The notes under the pieces were generated by a model. That model had not been told where the DNA came from. It did no database searches and saw nothing but the letters and a program-made list of their open reading frames with translations. This document shows positions 27,321 to 39,220 of a DNA stretch of 64,000 bases, one piece after another. The stretch is taken from contig JBGQEL010000010.1 of the NCBI GenBank assembly GCA_041496385.1, positions 7,387-71,386 on the forward strand, in the 5' to 3' direction. This DNA is from Candidatus Methylomirabilia bacterium (GTDB taxonomy: Bacteria; Methylomirabilota; Methylomirabilia; Rokubacteriales; CSP1-6). Position numbers and translations under genes: made by a program. Position 1 is the first letter of the stretch. The number at the start of each line of letters is the position of its first letter.

Positions 27321-27646
27321 CGCGGCGGCGGGCGGCGGCGGTCCGCCTGGACGGGCATCACCGTCAGCCAGACGATCGCGACCAGGACGAAGAGCACGAT
27401 GTCCACGATGACGCCGAGGTCCAGGTGCGTCAGCTGCTCGGGGATGCCGCGCTGCTTGAGCCATTCCTGGCGCTGGGAGTCCTTGGGCTCGTAGTAGGCG
27501 GGCGCGTAGCCCTGGAGCGCGTCGATGTAGCGCACGACGACCGGCACCGCGACGTAAGCGACGACGATGATCGTCAGGATCACCGCCAGGTGGAACCGCT
27601 CCTGATAGCCGAAGCGCCGGTGGTAGTAGCGCCGGAGCGACATCAT
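27317..27646 (-). CDS. Small two-TM hypothetical membrane protein
   Basis: 109 aa with two hydrophobic stretches and an SD upstream. Confidence 0.65.
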   Translation of the reverse strand: MMSLRRYYHRRFGYQERFHLAVILTIIVVAYVAVPVVVRYIDALQGYAPAYYEPKDSQRQEWLKQRGIPEQLTHLDLGVIVDIVLFVLVAIVWLTVMPVQADRRRPPPR

Positions 27647-27682
27647 CCGCGCCCACTCCTTCCGTGCGGGTCGAGCCTGGGG

Positions 27683-28687
27683 CTACCCCAGCAGCAGCTC
27701 GGCAATCTGCACCGCGTTCGTGGCCGCGCCCTTCCGCAGCTGGTCGCCGACCACCCAGAAGCAGAGGCCGGTCGGGCTCCCGAGGTCCTCGCGGATCCGG
27801 CCCACGAAGCAATCGTCCTGCCCCTCGACCTCCACGGGCATCGGGTAGCGGTGCCGGGCCGGGTCGTCCCAGAGACGGAGCCCCGGGAACCGCGCGAAGA
27901 GCTCGCGCGCCCGCTCGGGCGTCACCCGCGTCTCGGTCTCAGCGGTCACGGCGACGGAGTGGCAGGTGAAGACCGGCACGCGCACGGTCGTGGGCGTGAT
28001 GAGGACGTCCGGCGCCTCGAGGATCTTGCGCGTCTCGTGGACAAGCTTCATCTCCTCGCCCGTGTAGCCGTTCGGCCCGAACGTGTCGATGGCGGGGATC
28101 AGGTTGAAGGCGATGCGGTGCGGGAAGTGGCGCGGCGTCATCGCCTCGCCGCGCGCCCAGGCGAGCGTCTGCTCCCGCAGCTCGGCGATTCCGTTCACGC
28201 CGGCGCCGGAGACCGCCTGGTAGCTCGTGGCGACCACGCGGCGGAGCCGGCCCGCGTCGTGGAGCGGCTTGAGCGGCATGACGGTGACGATCGTGGTGCA
28301 GTTCGGTGACGCGAGGATTCCGCGGTGGCTCTTCGCCGCATGCGCGTTGATCTCGGGAACGACGAGGGGCACGTGGGGATCCATCCGGAACGCGTTCGAC
28401 TTGTCGATGACGGTCGCGCCCGCCCGCACGATCATGGGCGCGTACTCCTTCGACTGGGCCGAGCCCGCAGAGCAGAACGCGATCTCGACGCCCTCGAAGG
28501 CCGCCGGCTCGATGCGCTGGACGCGGACCGGCTCGCCCCGAAAGGTCACGCTCGTGCCGACCGAGCGCTCGGAGGCGAACGCCCGGAGCTCGCGCACCGG
28601 GAACTTCCGCTCCTCGAGGATCCGGAGGGTCATTTGTCCGGCCGCGCCCGTGGCGCCGACCAGGGCGACCGTCACGCCCGATGCCAT
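27683..28687 (-). CDS. asd: Aspartate-semialdehyde dehydrogenase
   Basis: VGATGAAG, SPNCTT, SYQAVSGAG, VRVPV and DQLRKGAATNAVQIAE. Confidence 0.95.
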   Translation of the reverse strand: MASGVTVALVGATGAAGQMTLRILEERKFPVRELRAFASERSVGTSVTFRGEPVRVQRIEPAAFEGVEIAFCSAGSAQSKEYAPMIVRAGATVIDKSNAFRMDPHVPLVVPEINAHAAKSHRGILASPNCTTIVTVMPLKPLHDAGRLRRVVATSYQAVSGAGVNGIAELREQTLAWARGEAMTPRHFPHRIAFNLIPAIDTFGPNGYTGEEMKLVHETRKILEAPDVLITPTTVRVPVFTCHSVAVTAETETRVTPERARELFARFPGLRLWDDPARHRYPMPVEVEGQDDCFVGRIREDLGSPTGLCFWVVGDQLRKGAATNAVQIAELLLG

Positions 28688-29772
28688 CAGTACTGGGCCT
28701 CCACCATCTTCACGATCAGATCCCCCATGGCGCGCGTTCCGACCGGCTTCGTCCCCGCACCCGCGACGTCCGCGGTGCGATGCCCCTGCTCGAGCACCCC
28801 CTGCACCGCCCGCTCGACCCGGTCGGCGTCCTTCTCCATGTCGAGGGAGTATCGCAGGAGCAGGGCCGCCGAGAGGATCGCCGCGATCGGGTTCGCGATC
28901 CCCTTGCCGGCGATGTCCGGCGCCGTCCCGTGCACGGGCTCGTAGAGGCCCACGGTTCCGCCGAGCGACGCCGACGGCAACATGCCCATCGAGCCCGCGA
29001 GAATCGCGGCCTCATCGGACAAAATATCACCGAAGGTGTTCTCGGTCACAATTGTGTCGAAGTGGGTGGGCTTGTGGACGAGCGCCATGGCGCAGTTGTC
29101 CACCAGCACGTGCTCGAGCGCCACGTCCGGGTAGTCCCCTCCGACGCGCGTCACGACCTCCCGCCAGAGCTGCGAGACGACGAGCACGTTCGCCTTGTCC
29201 ACCGAGGCGAGGCGCTTGCGGCGCTTGCGCGCGACCTCGAAGCCCATCCGTGCGATCCGCTCGATCTCCCGCTCCGTGTACACCATCGTGTTGACGGCGC
29301 GCGCCCCGCCGGCGCCGGAGCGCTCGATGCCCCGCGGCTCGCCGAAGTACAGGCCGCCGGTCAGCTCGCGAATGACCATCAGGTCGGTGCCCTCGACGAC
29401 CGACCGCTTGAGCGGCGAGGCGTCGACGAGCATCGGGAAGCACTTCGCGGGGCGCAGGTTCGCGTAGAGGTCGAGCTCCTTGCGCAGCGCGAGAAGCCCG
29501 CGTTCGGGGCGCGTCTCATGCGGGACGTTGTCCCACTTCGGGCCGCCGACCGCGCCGAAGAGGATGGCGTGGGAGGCGCGGCACAGCTCGAGCGCCCCCG
29601 GGGCGAGCGGCCGGCCCGTCGCATCGATCGCGGCGCCGCCCACGAGCGCCTCCTCGAACTCGAAGGCCGCCCCGGTGCCCCTGGCGACCGCCTTCAGCAC
29701 GCGCACCGCCTCCGGGGTGACCTCCTGACCGATGCCGTCGCCGGGCAGGAGCGCGATCTTGTAGGTGGGCAT
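28687..29772 (-). CDS. leuB: 3-isopropylmalate dehydrogenase
   Basis: [49 protein letters not shown] and ANPIAAILS. Confidence 0.95.
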   Translation of the reverse strand: MPTYKIALLPGDGIGQEVTPEAVRVLKAVARGTGAAFEFEEALVGGAAIDATGRPLAPGALELCRASHAILFGAVGGPKWDNVPHETRPERGLLALRKELDLYANLRPAKCFPMLVDASPLKRSVVEGTDLMVIRELTGGLYFGEPRGIERSGAGGARAVNTMVYTEREIERIARMGFEVARKRRKRLASVDKANVLVVSQLWREVVTRVGGDYPDVALEHVLVDNCAMALVHKPTHFDTIVTENTFGDILSDEAAILAGSMGMLPSASLGGTVGLYEPVHGTAPDIAGKGIANPIAAILSAALLLRYSLDMEKDADRVERAVQGVLEQGHRTADVAGAGTKPVGTRAMGDLIVKMVEAQY

Positions 29773-29788
29773 CAGGCGCCCACGATCG

Positions 29789-31333
29789 TCATGGCCCGAC
29801 TTCCTTGACGCGCTGGACGGCCGGCTGCGCGATGCGGTTGACCGCCGACAGGTAGGCGCGGGCGCTCGCCTCGATCACGTCGGTCGAGGAGCCCTTGCCC
29901 GAGACGATCGTCCCGTCGAAATCGACCTTCATCGCCACCTCGCCGATCGCGTCCTTGCCCGAGGTCGCCGCGCGCAGCGAGTAGTCCTGGAGCCGGCCCT
30001 TGAGCCCCGTGATCGCGTCGATCGCGGCGAGCACGGCGTCGACCGGGCCGTCGCCGACCCCCGAGTCCTGGAACACCTGTCCGTCCTTCTTGAGCTTCAC
30101 CGTGGCCGACGGCACCACGCCCGTGCCGCTGATGACGTGGAGGTACTCGATCTCGTACCCGGCCACCTGCTGGGTCACCTCGTCGGTGACGATCGCCATC
30201 AGGTCCTCGTCGTAGACCTCCTTCTTGCGGTCGGCGAGGCCCTTGAAGGACTTGAAGGCGCGGTCGAGGTCCACGGCCGGCAGGTCGAAGCCGAGATCCT
30301 TCAGCCGCGCCGCCAGCGCGTGGCGTCCCGAGTGCTTGCCGAGCACGAGCTTGTTCGACGGCCGTCCGATGTCCTCCGGCCGCATGATCTCGTACGTGAG
30401 CTTCTCCTTCAGCACGCCGTCTTGATGGATCCCCGCCTCGTGCGCGAACGCATTCTCGCCGACGATCGCCTTGTTGGGCTGGACGTGCACGCCCGTGATG
30501 TGGGAGAGAAGGCGCGACGTCTTGAAGATCTGCTCGGTCCGCACGCGCGTGTCGACGCCGAAGAAGTCCTTGCGCGTCTTGAGCGCCATCACGATCTCCT
30601 CCAGCGAGGCGTTGCCCGCGCGCTCGCCGATCCCGTTGATCGTGCACTCGATCTGGCGCGCGCCGCTCATGAGCGCCGTGAGGGAGTTGGCGACCGCCTG
30701 GCCGAGGTCGTTGTGGCAGTGCACCGAGAGGACGACGCGGTCGATCCCCTGCACCCGCTCGCGGATCCGCGCGATCCGCTCGCCCCATTCGCGCGGGACC
30801 GCGTAGCCCACCGTGTCCGGAATGTTGATCGTCCCGGCGCCCGCCTCGATGACCGCCGAGAGCACGTCGCACATGTAGTCGAAGTCGGAGCGCGAGGCGT
30901 CCTCGGGCGAGAACTCGACGTCCCCGCAGTACCCCCGCGCGTGCCGGACGGCCTCGACGGAGGCCTTCAGGATCTCGGCGCGCGACTTGCGGAGCTTGTA
31001 CTTCAGGTGGATGTCCGAGGTCGCGACGAAGGTGTGGATGCGCGGCTTGGTCGCGTACTTCACCGCCTCCCAGCAGCGGTCGATGTCGCCGAGCCCGACG
31101 CGTGAGAGGCCGCAGATGGCCGGCGCGCCCTCCAGCGTCCCGACCTGCTTGGCGACCTCGCGTGTGGCCTCGAAATCCTCGTCCGACGAGATCGGGAACC
31201 CGGCCTCGATCACGTCCACCTGGAGCCGGGCCAGCTGGCGGGCCATCTCGAGCTTCTCCATCGTGTTCATCGAGAAGCCGGGCGCCTGCTCGCCGTCCCG
31301 CAACGTCGTGTCGAAGATGATGACGCGATCCAT
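29789..31333 (-). CDS. leuA: 2-isopropylmalate synthase
   Basis: [35 protein letters not shown] and LGKHSGR, plus a C-terminal regulatory domain. Confidence 0.95.
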   Translation of the reverse strand: MDRVIIFDTTLRDGEQAPGFSMNTMEKLEMARQLARLQVDVIEAGFPISSDEDFEATREVAKQVGTLEGAPAICGLSRVGLGDIDRCWEAVKYATKPRIHTFVATSDIHLKYKLRKSRAEILKASVEAVRHARGYCGDVEFSPEDASRSDFDYMCDVLSAVIEAGAGTINIPDTVGYAVPREWGERIARIRERVQGIDRVVLSVHCHNDLGQAVANSLTALMSGARQIECTINGIGERAGNASLEEIVMALKTRKDFFGVDTRVRTEQIFKTSRLLSHITGVHVQPNKAIVGENAFAHEAGIHQDGVLKEKLTYEIMRPEDIGRPSNKLVLGKHSGRHALAARLKDLGFDLPAVDLDRAFKSFKGLADRKKEVYDEDLMAIVTDEVTQQVAGYEIEYLHVISGTGVVPSATVKLKKDGQVFQDSGVGDGPVDAVLAAIDAITGLKGRLQDYSLRAATSGKDAIGEVAMKVDFDGTIVSGKGSSTDVIEASARAYLSAVNRIAQPAVQRVKEVGP

Positions 31334-31347
31334 GTGCCCCCCCCGAC

Positions 31348-32145
31348 TCACGGATGCTCCTTGACGTGCTCGATCGGTACGGCAGCGGGCGCCGGCGCGC
31401 GTCCCACGATCAGCCGCCGGACCGGGCCCGAGAGCGCGTACCCGACGAAGATAAGAAACAGGAAGAGCTCGTGGCTCGTGGCCACGATCATGACGCCCAG
31501 CACGACCACCAGCAGCGTCTGCAGCGGCCGGCGGCGCGCGAAGTCGAGCTCCTTGAAGCTCCAGTAGCGAAAGGTCGACACCATCAGCAGCGCGACGAGG
31601 TAGGTGCCGACGGCGATCGAGACGAGCAGCGAGCGCGAGGCGGGCGCGCCCTGGAGCAGGATCACGGCGGAGCCCACCACGCCCGCGGCCGCCGGCGTCG
31701 AGAGGCCGACGAAGTACCGGCGGTCCACCGTGCCCGTGTGGATGTTGAAGCGCGCCAGGCGCAGCGCGCCGCAGATCACGAACAGGAAGGCGCCGAACCA
31801 CGCCGGGCGCCCCAGCGCCGAGAGCGCGAACGAGTAGACGAGAAACGCCGGCGCCACGCAGAACGAGACGACGTCGGCGAGCGAGTCGAACTCCACGCCG
31901 AACTGGCTGGTCGCCTTCATGAGTCGCGCCACGCGCCCGTCCAGAAGATCCATGATCATCGCCACGAAGATCGCGAGCGCCGCCTCCGTGTAGCGATTCT
32001 CGACCGTCAGGAGCAGCGCGAAAAAGCCGCAGAACAGGTTGCCCGTCGTGAGCAGACTCGGGAGCAGGAAGATCCCGCGGCTCCGCTTCTCCCGAAGGTC
32101 GTGCCAGCGCCGCCGCCTGGGTCCCCTGTTGTGCCGCCGGATCAC
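31348..32145 (-). CDS. pssA: CDP-diacylglycerol--serine O-phosphatidyltransferase
   Basis: LPSLLTTGNLFCG, DLLDGRVAR...SQFGVEFDSLADVVSF and ALRLARFN. Confidence 0.93.
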   Translation of the reverse strand: MIRRHNRGPRRRRWHDLREKRSRGIFLLPSLLTTGNLFCGFFALLLTVENRYTEAALAIFVAMIMDLLDGRVARLMKATSQFGVEFDSLADVVSFCVAPAFLVYSFALSALGRPAWFGAFLFVICGALRLARFNIHTGTVDRRYFVGLSTPAAAGVVGSAVILLQGAPASRSLLVSIAVGTYLVALLMVSTFRYWSFKELDFARRRPLQTLLVVVLGVMIVATSHELFLFLIFVGYALSGPVRRLIVGRAPAPAAVPIEHVKEHP

Positions 32146-32771
32146 GCCGCCACTCCGAGCACCGTCACGCCGCCGACGACGCGATCGCCGGCCCGCACGC
32201 GCACGTCCGTCCCGCGCGGCATGACGCAGTCCGTCCGCGAGCCGAAGCGGATCATCCCAAAACGCTCGCCCGCCTCGAGCTTGTCGCCGGGCCCGACGCG
32301 GCACACGATCCGGCGCGCGACGACGCCCGCGATCTGCACGACCGTCACGCGGAGGCTCTCGCCCTGCAGGTGCACGGTGCAGCGCTCGTTCGCCGCCTCC
32401 GCCTCCCGCCGGTAGGCGGCGAGGTACCGTCCGCGCGCATACACGGTACCCACGACGAGGCCCGCGATCGGCGAACGGTTGACGTGGACGTCGAGCGGCG
32501 ACAGGAAGATCGCCACGCGCACGGCCGGCCCCACGAACCGCTCCTCGATCTCGTCCACCGAGAGCACGCGCCCGTCGGCGGGCGCGAGGACGCCGCCCGG
32601 CACCGACGGCACGTCGCGCTCGGGGTCACGGAAGAAGCCGAGCGCGGCGAGCGACGCGGCGGCGAACGGCGCGGCGAGCGCGCGGCGGCCCGTCAGCGCG
32701 AGCCCCGCGGCCACGATGCCCGGGACCAGGATAAAGGGCCAGCCTTCGCGCGCGACGGGGAGCTTCGTCAC
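32142..32771 (-). CDS. psd: Phosphatidylserine decarboxylase proenzyme
   Basis: FFRDPER, APADG, IFLSPLDVHVNRSP, QIAGVVARRI and RFGSR cleavage motif. Confidence 0.92.
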   Translation of the reverse strand: MTKLPVAREGWPFILVPGIVAAGLALTGRRALAAPFAAASLAALGFFRDPERDVPSVPGGVLAPADGRVLSVDEIEERFVGPAVRVAIFLSPLDVHVNRSPIAGLVVGTVYARGRYLAAYRREAEAANERCTVHLQGESLRVTVVQIAGVVARRIVCRVGPGDKLEAGERFGMIRFGSRTDCVMPRGTDVRVRAGDRVVGGVTVLGVAA

Positions 32772-32772
32772 G

Positions 32773-33777
32773 TCACATTCTCGGCGGCTTGATCCAGGAC
32801 ATCATCGCCCGGAGCCGCTTGCCGACGTCCTCGATCGGATGCTCGGCGTCGCGCCGGCGCATCGCGAGGAACCCGGCGCGGTTGGCCTGGTTCTCGAGCA
32901 CCCACTCGCGCGCGAACTGCCCCGACTGGATCTCGCCGAGGATCTTCTTCATCTCGGCCTTCGTCTCGGGGCTCACGATGCGCGGGCCGCGCGTGTAGTC
33001 GCCGTACTCCGCGGTGTCCGAGACCGAGTAGCGCATGTAGGCGAGCCCGCCCTGGTAGAACAGGTCGACGATCAGCTTCATCTCGTGCATGCACTCGAAG
33101 TACGCGACCTCGGGCTGGTAGCCGGCCTCGACGAGCGTCTCGAACGCCGCCTTGATCAGGTGCGAGATACCGCCACAGAGCGCCGCTTGTTCGCCGAAGA
33201 GATCCGTCTCCGTTTCTTCCTTGAACGTCGTCTCGAGCACGCCCGCGCGGGTGCACCCCACGCCCTTGCCGTACGCGAGCGCCATGTCGCGCGCCTTGCC
33301 GCTGACGTCCTGGTAGACGGCGAGCAGCGCGGGGACACCCGGCCCCTGCGTGAACAGGTCGCGCATCACGTGGCCCGGTGCCTTGGGCGCGATCATCGTG
33401 ACGTCCACGTCGGGCGGCGGCACCACCTGGTTGAAGTGGATGTTGAAGCCGTGGGCGAACATCAGCATCTTGCCCTTCCCGAGTCCGCCCTTGATCTCCG
33501 ACTCGAAGACCTGGCGCTGGCTCTGGTCGGGCAGCAGCACCATGATCGCCTCCGCCATCTGGGCGGCCTCGTTCACGGTCGCCACCCGGAGCCCTTCCTT
33601 CTCGGCCTTCGCCCAGCTCTTCGAGCCCTTGTAGAGGCCGACGACGACGTCCAGGCCCGAGTCCTTCAGGTTCAGCGCGTGGGCGTGCCCCTGGCTGCCG
33701 TAGCCGATGATCGCGATCTTCTTGCCCTTGAGCAGGCCGAGATCGGCGTCCTGGTCGTAGTAGATCTTCGCGGGCAT
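32773..33777 (-). CDS. ilvC: Ketol-acid reductoisomerase
   Basis: [36 protein letters not shown] and SDTAEYGD. Confidence 0.97.
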   Translation of the reverse strand: MPAKIYYDQDADLGLLKGKKIAIIGYGSQGHAHALNLKDSGLDVVVGLYKGSKSWAKAEKEGLRVATVNEAAQMAEAIMVLLPDQSQRQVFESEIKGGLGKGKMLMFAHGFNIHFNQVVPPPDVDVTMIAPKAPGHVMRDLFTQGPGVPALLAVYQDVSGKARDMALAYGKGVGCTRAGVLETTFKEETETDLFGEQAALCGGISHLIKAAFETLVEAGYQPEVAYFECMHEMKLIVDLFYQGGLAYMRYSVSDTAEYGDYTRGPRIVSPETKAEMKKILGEIQSGQFAREWVLENQANRAGFLAMRRRDAEHPIEDVGKRLRAMMSWIKPPRM

Positions 33778-33803
33778 CTCGTGTGTCCTTTCGTCTGTGA
33801 GTG

Positions 33804-34378
33804 TTAGTCGGCGAAGCCGACCACCTTCGGATCGTCGGTGACGCGCGGCTTCCGGGGCGCCTCGGCGCGCCGCGCGCGCGTCTTCGGGCCGCGCGCGATC
33901 ACGACCTTGCCCGTCCGCACGACCTCCTGGATCCCCATGGGGCGCAGCAGCTCGACCAGGGCCTCGAGCTTGCCCTCGTCGCCCGTGGCTTCGAGGACGA
34001 ACGAGCTCTGGGTGACATCGATCACGCGCGCCCGGAAGATGTCGGCCGTCCGGAGGATCTCCGCCCGGTTCGACGGTTCCGCGTTCACCCGGATGAGGAC
34101 GAGCTCGCGCTCGACGTGACTCTCGTCGGTGAGATCGGTCACCTTGATCACGTCGATGAGCTTGTGCAGCTGCTTCGTCACCTGCTCGATGACGAACTCG
34201 TCGCCGCGCACGACGAGGGTCATCCGGGAGACCGACGGGTCGAGCGTCTCGCCCACCGACAGGCTCTCGATGTTGTAACCGCGCGCCGAGAACAGCCCGG
34301 CGACCCGCGAGAGGACGCCGAACTTGTTCTCGACCTGGACCGCGATCGTGTGCTTCCGGGGCTCGCTGCCGTTCTGCA

Positions 34379-34379
<1 letters not shown>
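33804..34379 (-). CDS. ilvN: Acetolactate synthase small (regulatory) subunit
   Basis: [33 protein letters not shown] and ERELVLI. Confidence 0.95.
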
Positions 34380-36133
<1,754 letters not shown>

Positions 36134-36190
36134 TGACAGGTCCTCCCAGAGCAGTCCGGCCGTGGCCGGGACTTCCTCGCTGAGTCGGCG

Positions 36191-38896
36191 CTACGCATTC
36201 GGGGCCCCTTCGGCCGACGCCTCGCGCACCTTGAGCCGGGCCTGCGCCGCGCTGAGCCGCGCGATCGGGATCATGAACGGCGAGCACGACACGTAGCTCA
36301 TGTTCACCCGGTGGCAGAACTCCACGGACGACGGCTCGCCGGCGTGCTCGCCGCAGATGCCGATCTTGAGGTCCGGCCGCGTGCGGCGGCCGCGCTCGAT
36401 GCCGATCTTGATCAGCTCGCCGACACCCTCCTGGTCGAGAACCGAGAAGGGATCGTGCGCCAGCACCCCCTTCTGCAGGTAGTCCGGCAAGAACTTCGCG
36501 ACGTCGTCCCGGCTGTACCCGAACGTCATCTGGGTGAGGTCGTTGGTGCCGAAGGAGAAGAATTCGGCGTCCTGCGCGATCTTGTCGGCGATGAGCGCCG
36601 CGCGCGGGACCTCGATCATGGTGCCGATCAGGTACTTGACCGGCACGCCCATCTCCACGAGGACGGCGTCGGCGACCTTCTTGGTGTTGTCGTGCGTGAG
36701 CCGCATCTCACCGACGGTGCCGGTGAGCGGGATCATGATCTCGGGCTCGACCTTCACGCCGCGCTCGGCCACGGTACAGGCCGCCTCCATGATGGCGCGC
36801 ACCTGCATCGCGTAGATCTCGGGCGAGGTGATGCCGAGCCGGCAACCGCGGTGGCCGAGCATCGGGTTGGCCTCGCGCAGCGAATCGATCTTGCCGATCT
36901 TCTCGTCGAGCTCGGCCTGGAGCGCCGGGTTGATGTTGAGCGCCTCGAGGCGCGCCCGCTCCTCGAGCATGTCGCGGTACTCCTTGGGATTCGCGAGGAA
37001 CTCGTGCAGCGGCGGATCGAGGAGCCGGATCGTCACGGGCAGACCATCCATCGCCTCGAAGATTCCGACGAAGTCGTCGCGCTGGAACGGCAGCAGCTTC
37101 TGCACGGCCGCGCGGCGCTTGACATGGTCGCCGGCCATGATCATCTCGCGCATGATCGGGATACGGTCGGCGGCGAAGAACATGTGCTCCGTACGCACGA
37201 GCCCGATGCCCTCGGCGCCGAAGTCGCGCGCCTTCCGCGCGTCCTCCGGCGTGTCGGCGTTGGCGCGGACGCCGAGCGTGCGATACCGGTCCGCCCACGC
37301 CAGGAACTCCTTGAACTCCGGGGCGAGGCCGCCCTCGATGGTCTTCACCGCATCGAGGATCACTTCGCCGCTCCCGCCGTCGATCGAGACGATATCGCCC
37401 TCGCGCACCTTCCGGCCCGCGGCCGTGAAGATCCGCCGCGTCTCGTCGACGACGATCTCCCCGGCGCCCACGATGCAGGACTTCCCCATCCCCACGGCCA
37501 CGACGGCGGCGTGCGACGTCCGCCCGCCGCGCGCGGTCACGATCCCGCGCGACGCGTACATGCCCGCGACGTCCTCCGGCGAGGTCTCCGGCCGGACGAG
37601 GATCACGGCGCGGCCCTCCTTGCCCCACTCCACCGCGCGGTCGGCGTCGAAGACGACCTCGCCCACCGCCGCGCCGGGCGCCGCGGGGAGCCCCCGGGCG
37701 AGCAACCGTCCGCGCGCGATCGCCTGCTCCTTGTCGGCGGCGTCGAAGCCCGGATGAAGCACCTGGTGCAGATCTTGAGGTCGGACGCGCAGGAGCGCCG
37801 TGTGCTGGTCGATGACCGCCTCGTGCACGAGGTCGACGGCCACCTTCACCGCGGCCGCCGCCGACCGCTTGCCGGCGCGAGTCTGGAGCAGGTAGAGCCT
37901 GCCCTCCTGGATCGTGAACTCGATGTCCTGCATGTCCTTGTAGTGACGCTCGAGCCGCCCGGCGATGGCGAGCAGGTCGTCGTAGATCTCCGGCATCCGC
38001 CGCTTGAGGTCGTCGATGTGCTCGGGCGTCCGGATGCCCGCCACCACGTCCTCGCCCTGAGCGTTGGCGAGGAACTCCGCGTAGAAGCGCTGCTCGCCCG
38101 TGCGCGGGTCGCGCGTGAACCCGACGCCGGTGCCGGAGGTCTCGCCGAGGTTCCCGAAGACCATCGCCATCACGCTGACGGCCGTCCCCCAGTCCGCCGG
38201 GATGTTGTTGATCCGCCGGTACTCCGTCGCCTTCTTGCCGAACCAGGAGTCGAACACGGCCTTGACCGCGAGATGCAGCTGTTCCTTGGGATCCTGCGGG
38301 AACGGCGCGCCCGTGCGCGAGCTGACGAGATCCTTGTACGTCTCCGTCAGCTTGCGCAGCTCGGCGGCCGGCACCTCGGGATCGGTTTTGATGCCGAGGC
38401 GCGCCTTGAGCGCGCTCAGGTGCTCGTCGAACACCTCACGCCGGATGCCCAGAACCACGTCGCCGAACATCGTGACGAACCGACGGTAGCAGTCCCAGGC
38501 GAACCGTTCGTTGTGCGTCCACGCGGCGAGCCCCTCGACCGTCGCGTCGTTGAGACCGAGGTTGAGGACCGTCTCCATCATGCCGGGCATGGAGACGCGC
38601 GCCCCCGAGCGGACGGAGACCAGGAGAGGGCGCTTGGGGTCGCCGAGGCCGAGGCCGGCGTCGTGCTCGAGCTTCTCGAGGGCGCCGGCAACCTGCTCCC
38701 ACAGGTCGTCCGGAACCTGCCGCTTCGTCCGGTTGTAGTGCGCCCAGGCCTGCGTGGTGATCGTGAAGCCGGGCGGCACCGGAATGCCGAGGTTCGTCAT
38801 CTCGGCGAGCTCGCATCCCTTGCCGCCCAGGAGGTTGCGCATCACGGACGAGCCTTCAGCCTTGCCCGAACCGAAGGAGTAGACGTACTTGATCAT
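36191..38896 (-). CDS. ppdK: Pyruvate, phosphate dikinase
   Basis: GGKG, SVRSGARVSMPGMM, GGRTSHAAVVA (phospho-His), GLVRTEHMF, FSFGTNDLTQ and GICGEH. Confidence 0.97.
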   Translation of the reverse strand: MIKYVYSFGSGKAEGSSVMRNLLGGKGCELAEMTNLGIPVPPGFTITTQAWAHYNRTKRQVPDDLWEQVAGALEKLEHDAGLGLGDPKRPLLVSVRSGARVSMPGMMETVLNLGLNDATVEGLAAWTHNERFAWDCYRRFVTMFGDVVLGIRREVFDEHLSALKARLGIKTDPEVPAAELRKLTETYKDLVSSRTGAPFPQDPKEQLHLAVKAVFDSWFGKKATEYRRINNIPADWGTAVSVMAMVFGNLGETSGTGVGFTRDPRTGEQRFYAEFLANAQGEDVVAGIRTPEHIDDLKRRMPEIYDDLLAIAGRLERHYKDMQDIEFTIQEGRLYLLQTRAGKRSAAAAVKVAVDLVHEAVIDQHTALLRVRPQDLHQVLHPGFDAADKEQAIARGRLLARGLPAAPGAAVGEVVFDADRAVEWGKEGRAVILVRPETSPEDVAGMYASRGIVTARGGRTSHAAVVAVGMGKSCIVGAGEIVVDETRRIFTAAGRKVREGDIVSIDGGSGEVILDAVKTIEGGLAPEFKEFLAWADRYRTLGVRANADTPEDARKARDFGAEGIGLVRTEHMFFAADRIPIMREMIMAGDHVKRRAAVQKLLPFQRDDFVGIFEAMDGLPVTIRLLDPPLHEFLANPKEYRDMLEERARLEALNINPALQAELDEKIGKIDSLREANPMLGHRGCRLGITSPEIYAMQVRAIMEAACTVAERGVKVEPEIMIPLTGTVGEMRLTHDNTKKVADAVLVEMGVPVKYLIGTMIEVPRAALIADKIAQDAEFFSFGTNDLTQMTFGYSRDDVAKFLPDYLQKGVLAHDPFSVLDQEGVGELIKIGIERGRRTRPDLKIGICGEHAGEPSSVEFCHRVNMSYVSCSPFMIPIARLSAAQARLKVREASAEGAPNA

Positions 38897-38927
38897 GAGC
38901 GCGTGTCTCCCTCACGACAGACAAAAA

Positions 38928-38966
38928 AGTCTTGTAAGACTACAGGATGGAGAGCATTCGCGTCAA
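38928..38966 (-). promoter_or_regulatory. Candidate internal ppdK promoter with an overlapping palindrome
   Basis: TTGACG (38966-38961), 18 nt, TAGTCT (38942-38937); AGTCTT-GT-AAGACT inverted repeat at 38928-38941. Confidence 0.5.
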
Positions 38967-39009
38967 TCTTTCTCACGCCTTCTCCGTTCGAAAGAAGCCT
39001 CGGTCCCTG

Positions 39010-39047
39010 AAAAGCGAAAGGGCCACGGGTCGCTTCACCCGTGGCCC
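39010..39047 (-). terminator. Intrinsic terminator of the attenuator
   Basis: 11-bp stem GGGCCACGGGT/ACCCGTGGCCC with a 6-nt loop, followed by TTTCGCTTTT. Confidence 0.85.
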
Positions 39048-39101
39048 CCAGAGTTTCCATCGCCACGGGCCCATCTCCTGCCCGTGGCATCCGATCTCGC
39101 G

Positions 39102-39185
39102 TTACTTCGCGGATGCTCCGGGCAGGCCCGGCAGCGCCAGCAGAATAATGCCTAGCGATGGTACCCGCGAGGTCATTGACGTCAT
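39102..39185 (-). CDS. Branched-chain amino acid leader peptide MTSMTSRVPSLGIILLALPGLPGASAK
   Basis: 27-aa ORF, absent from the track; control codons GTA...CTA GGC ATT ATT CTG CTG GCG CTG, including AT-ending codons that are rare here. Confidence 0.78.
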   Translation of the reverse strand: MTSMTSRVPSLGIILLALPGLPGASAK

Positions 39186-39220
39186 GGTGAAGGCAGCATA
39201 CGCGTTGACGCGACCGCCTG

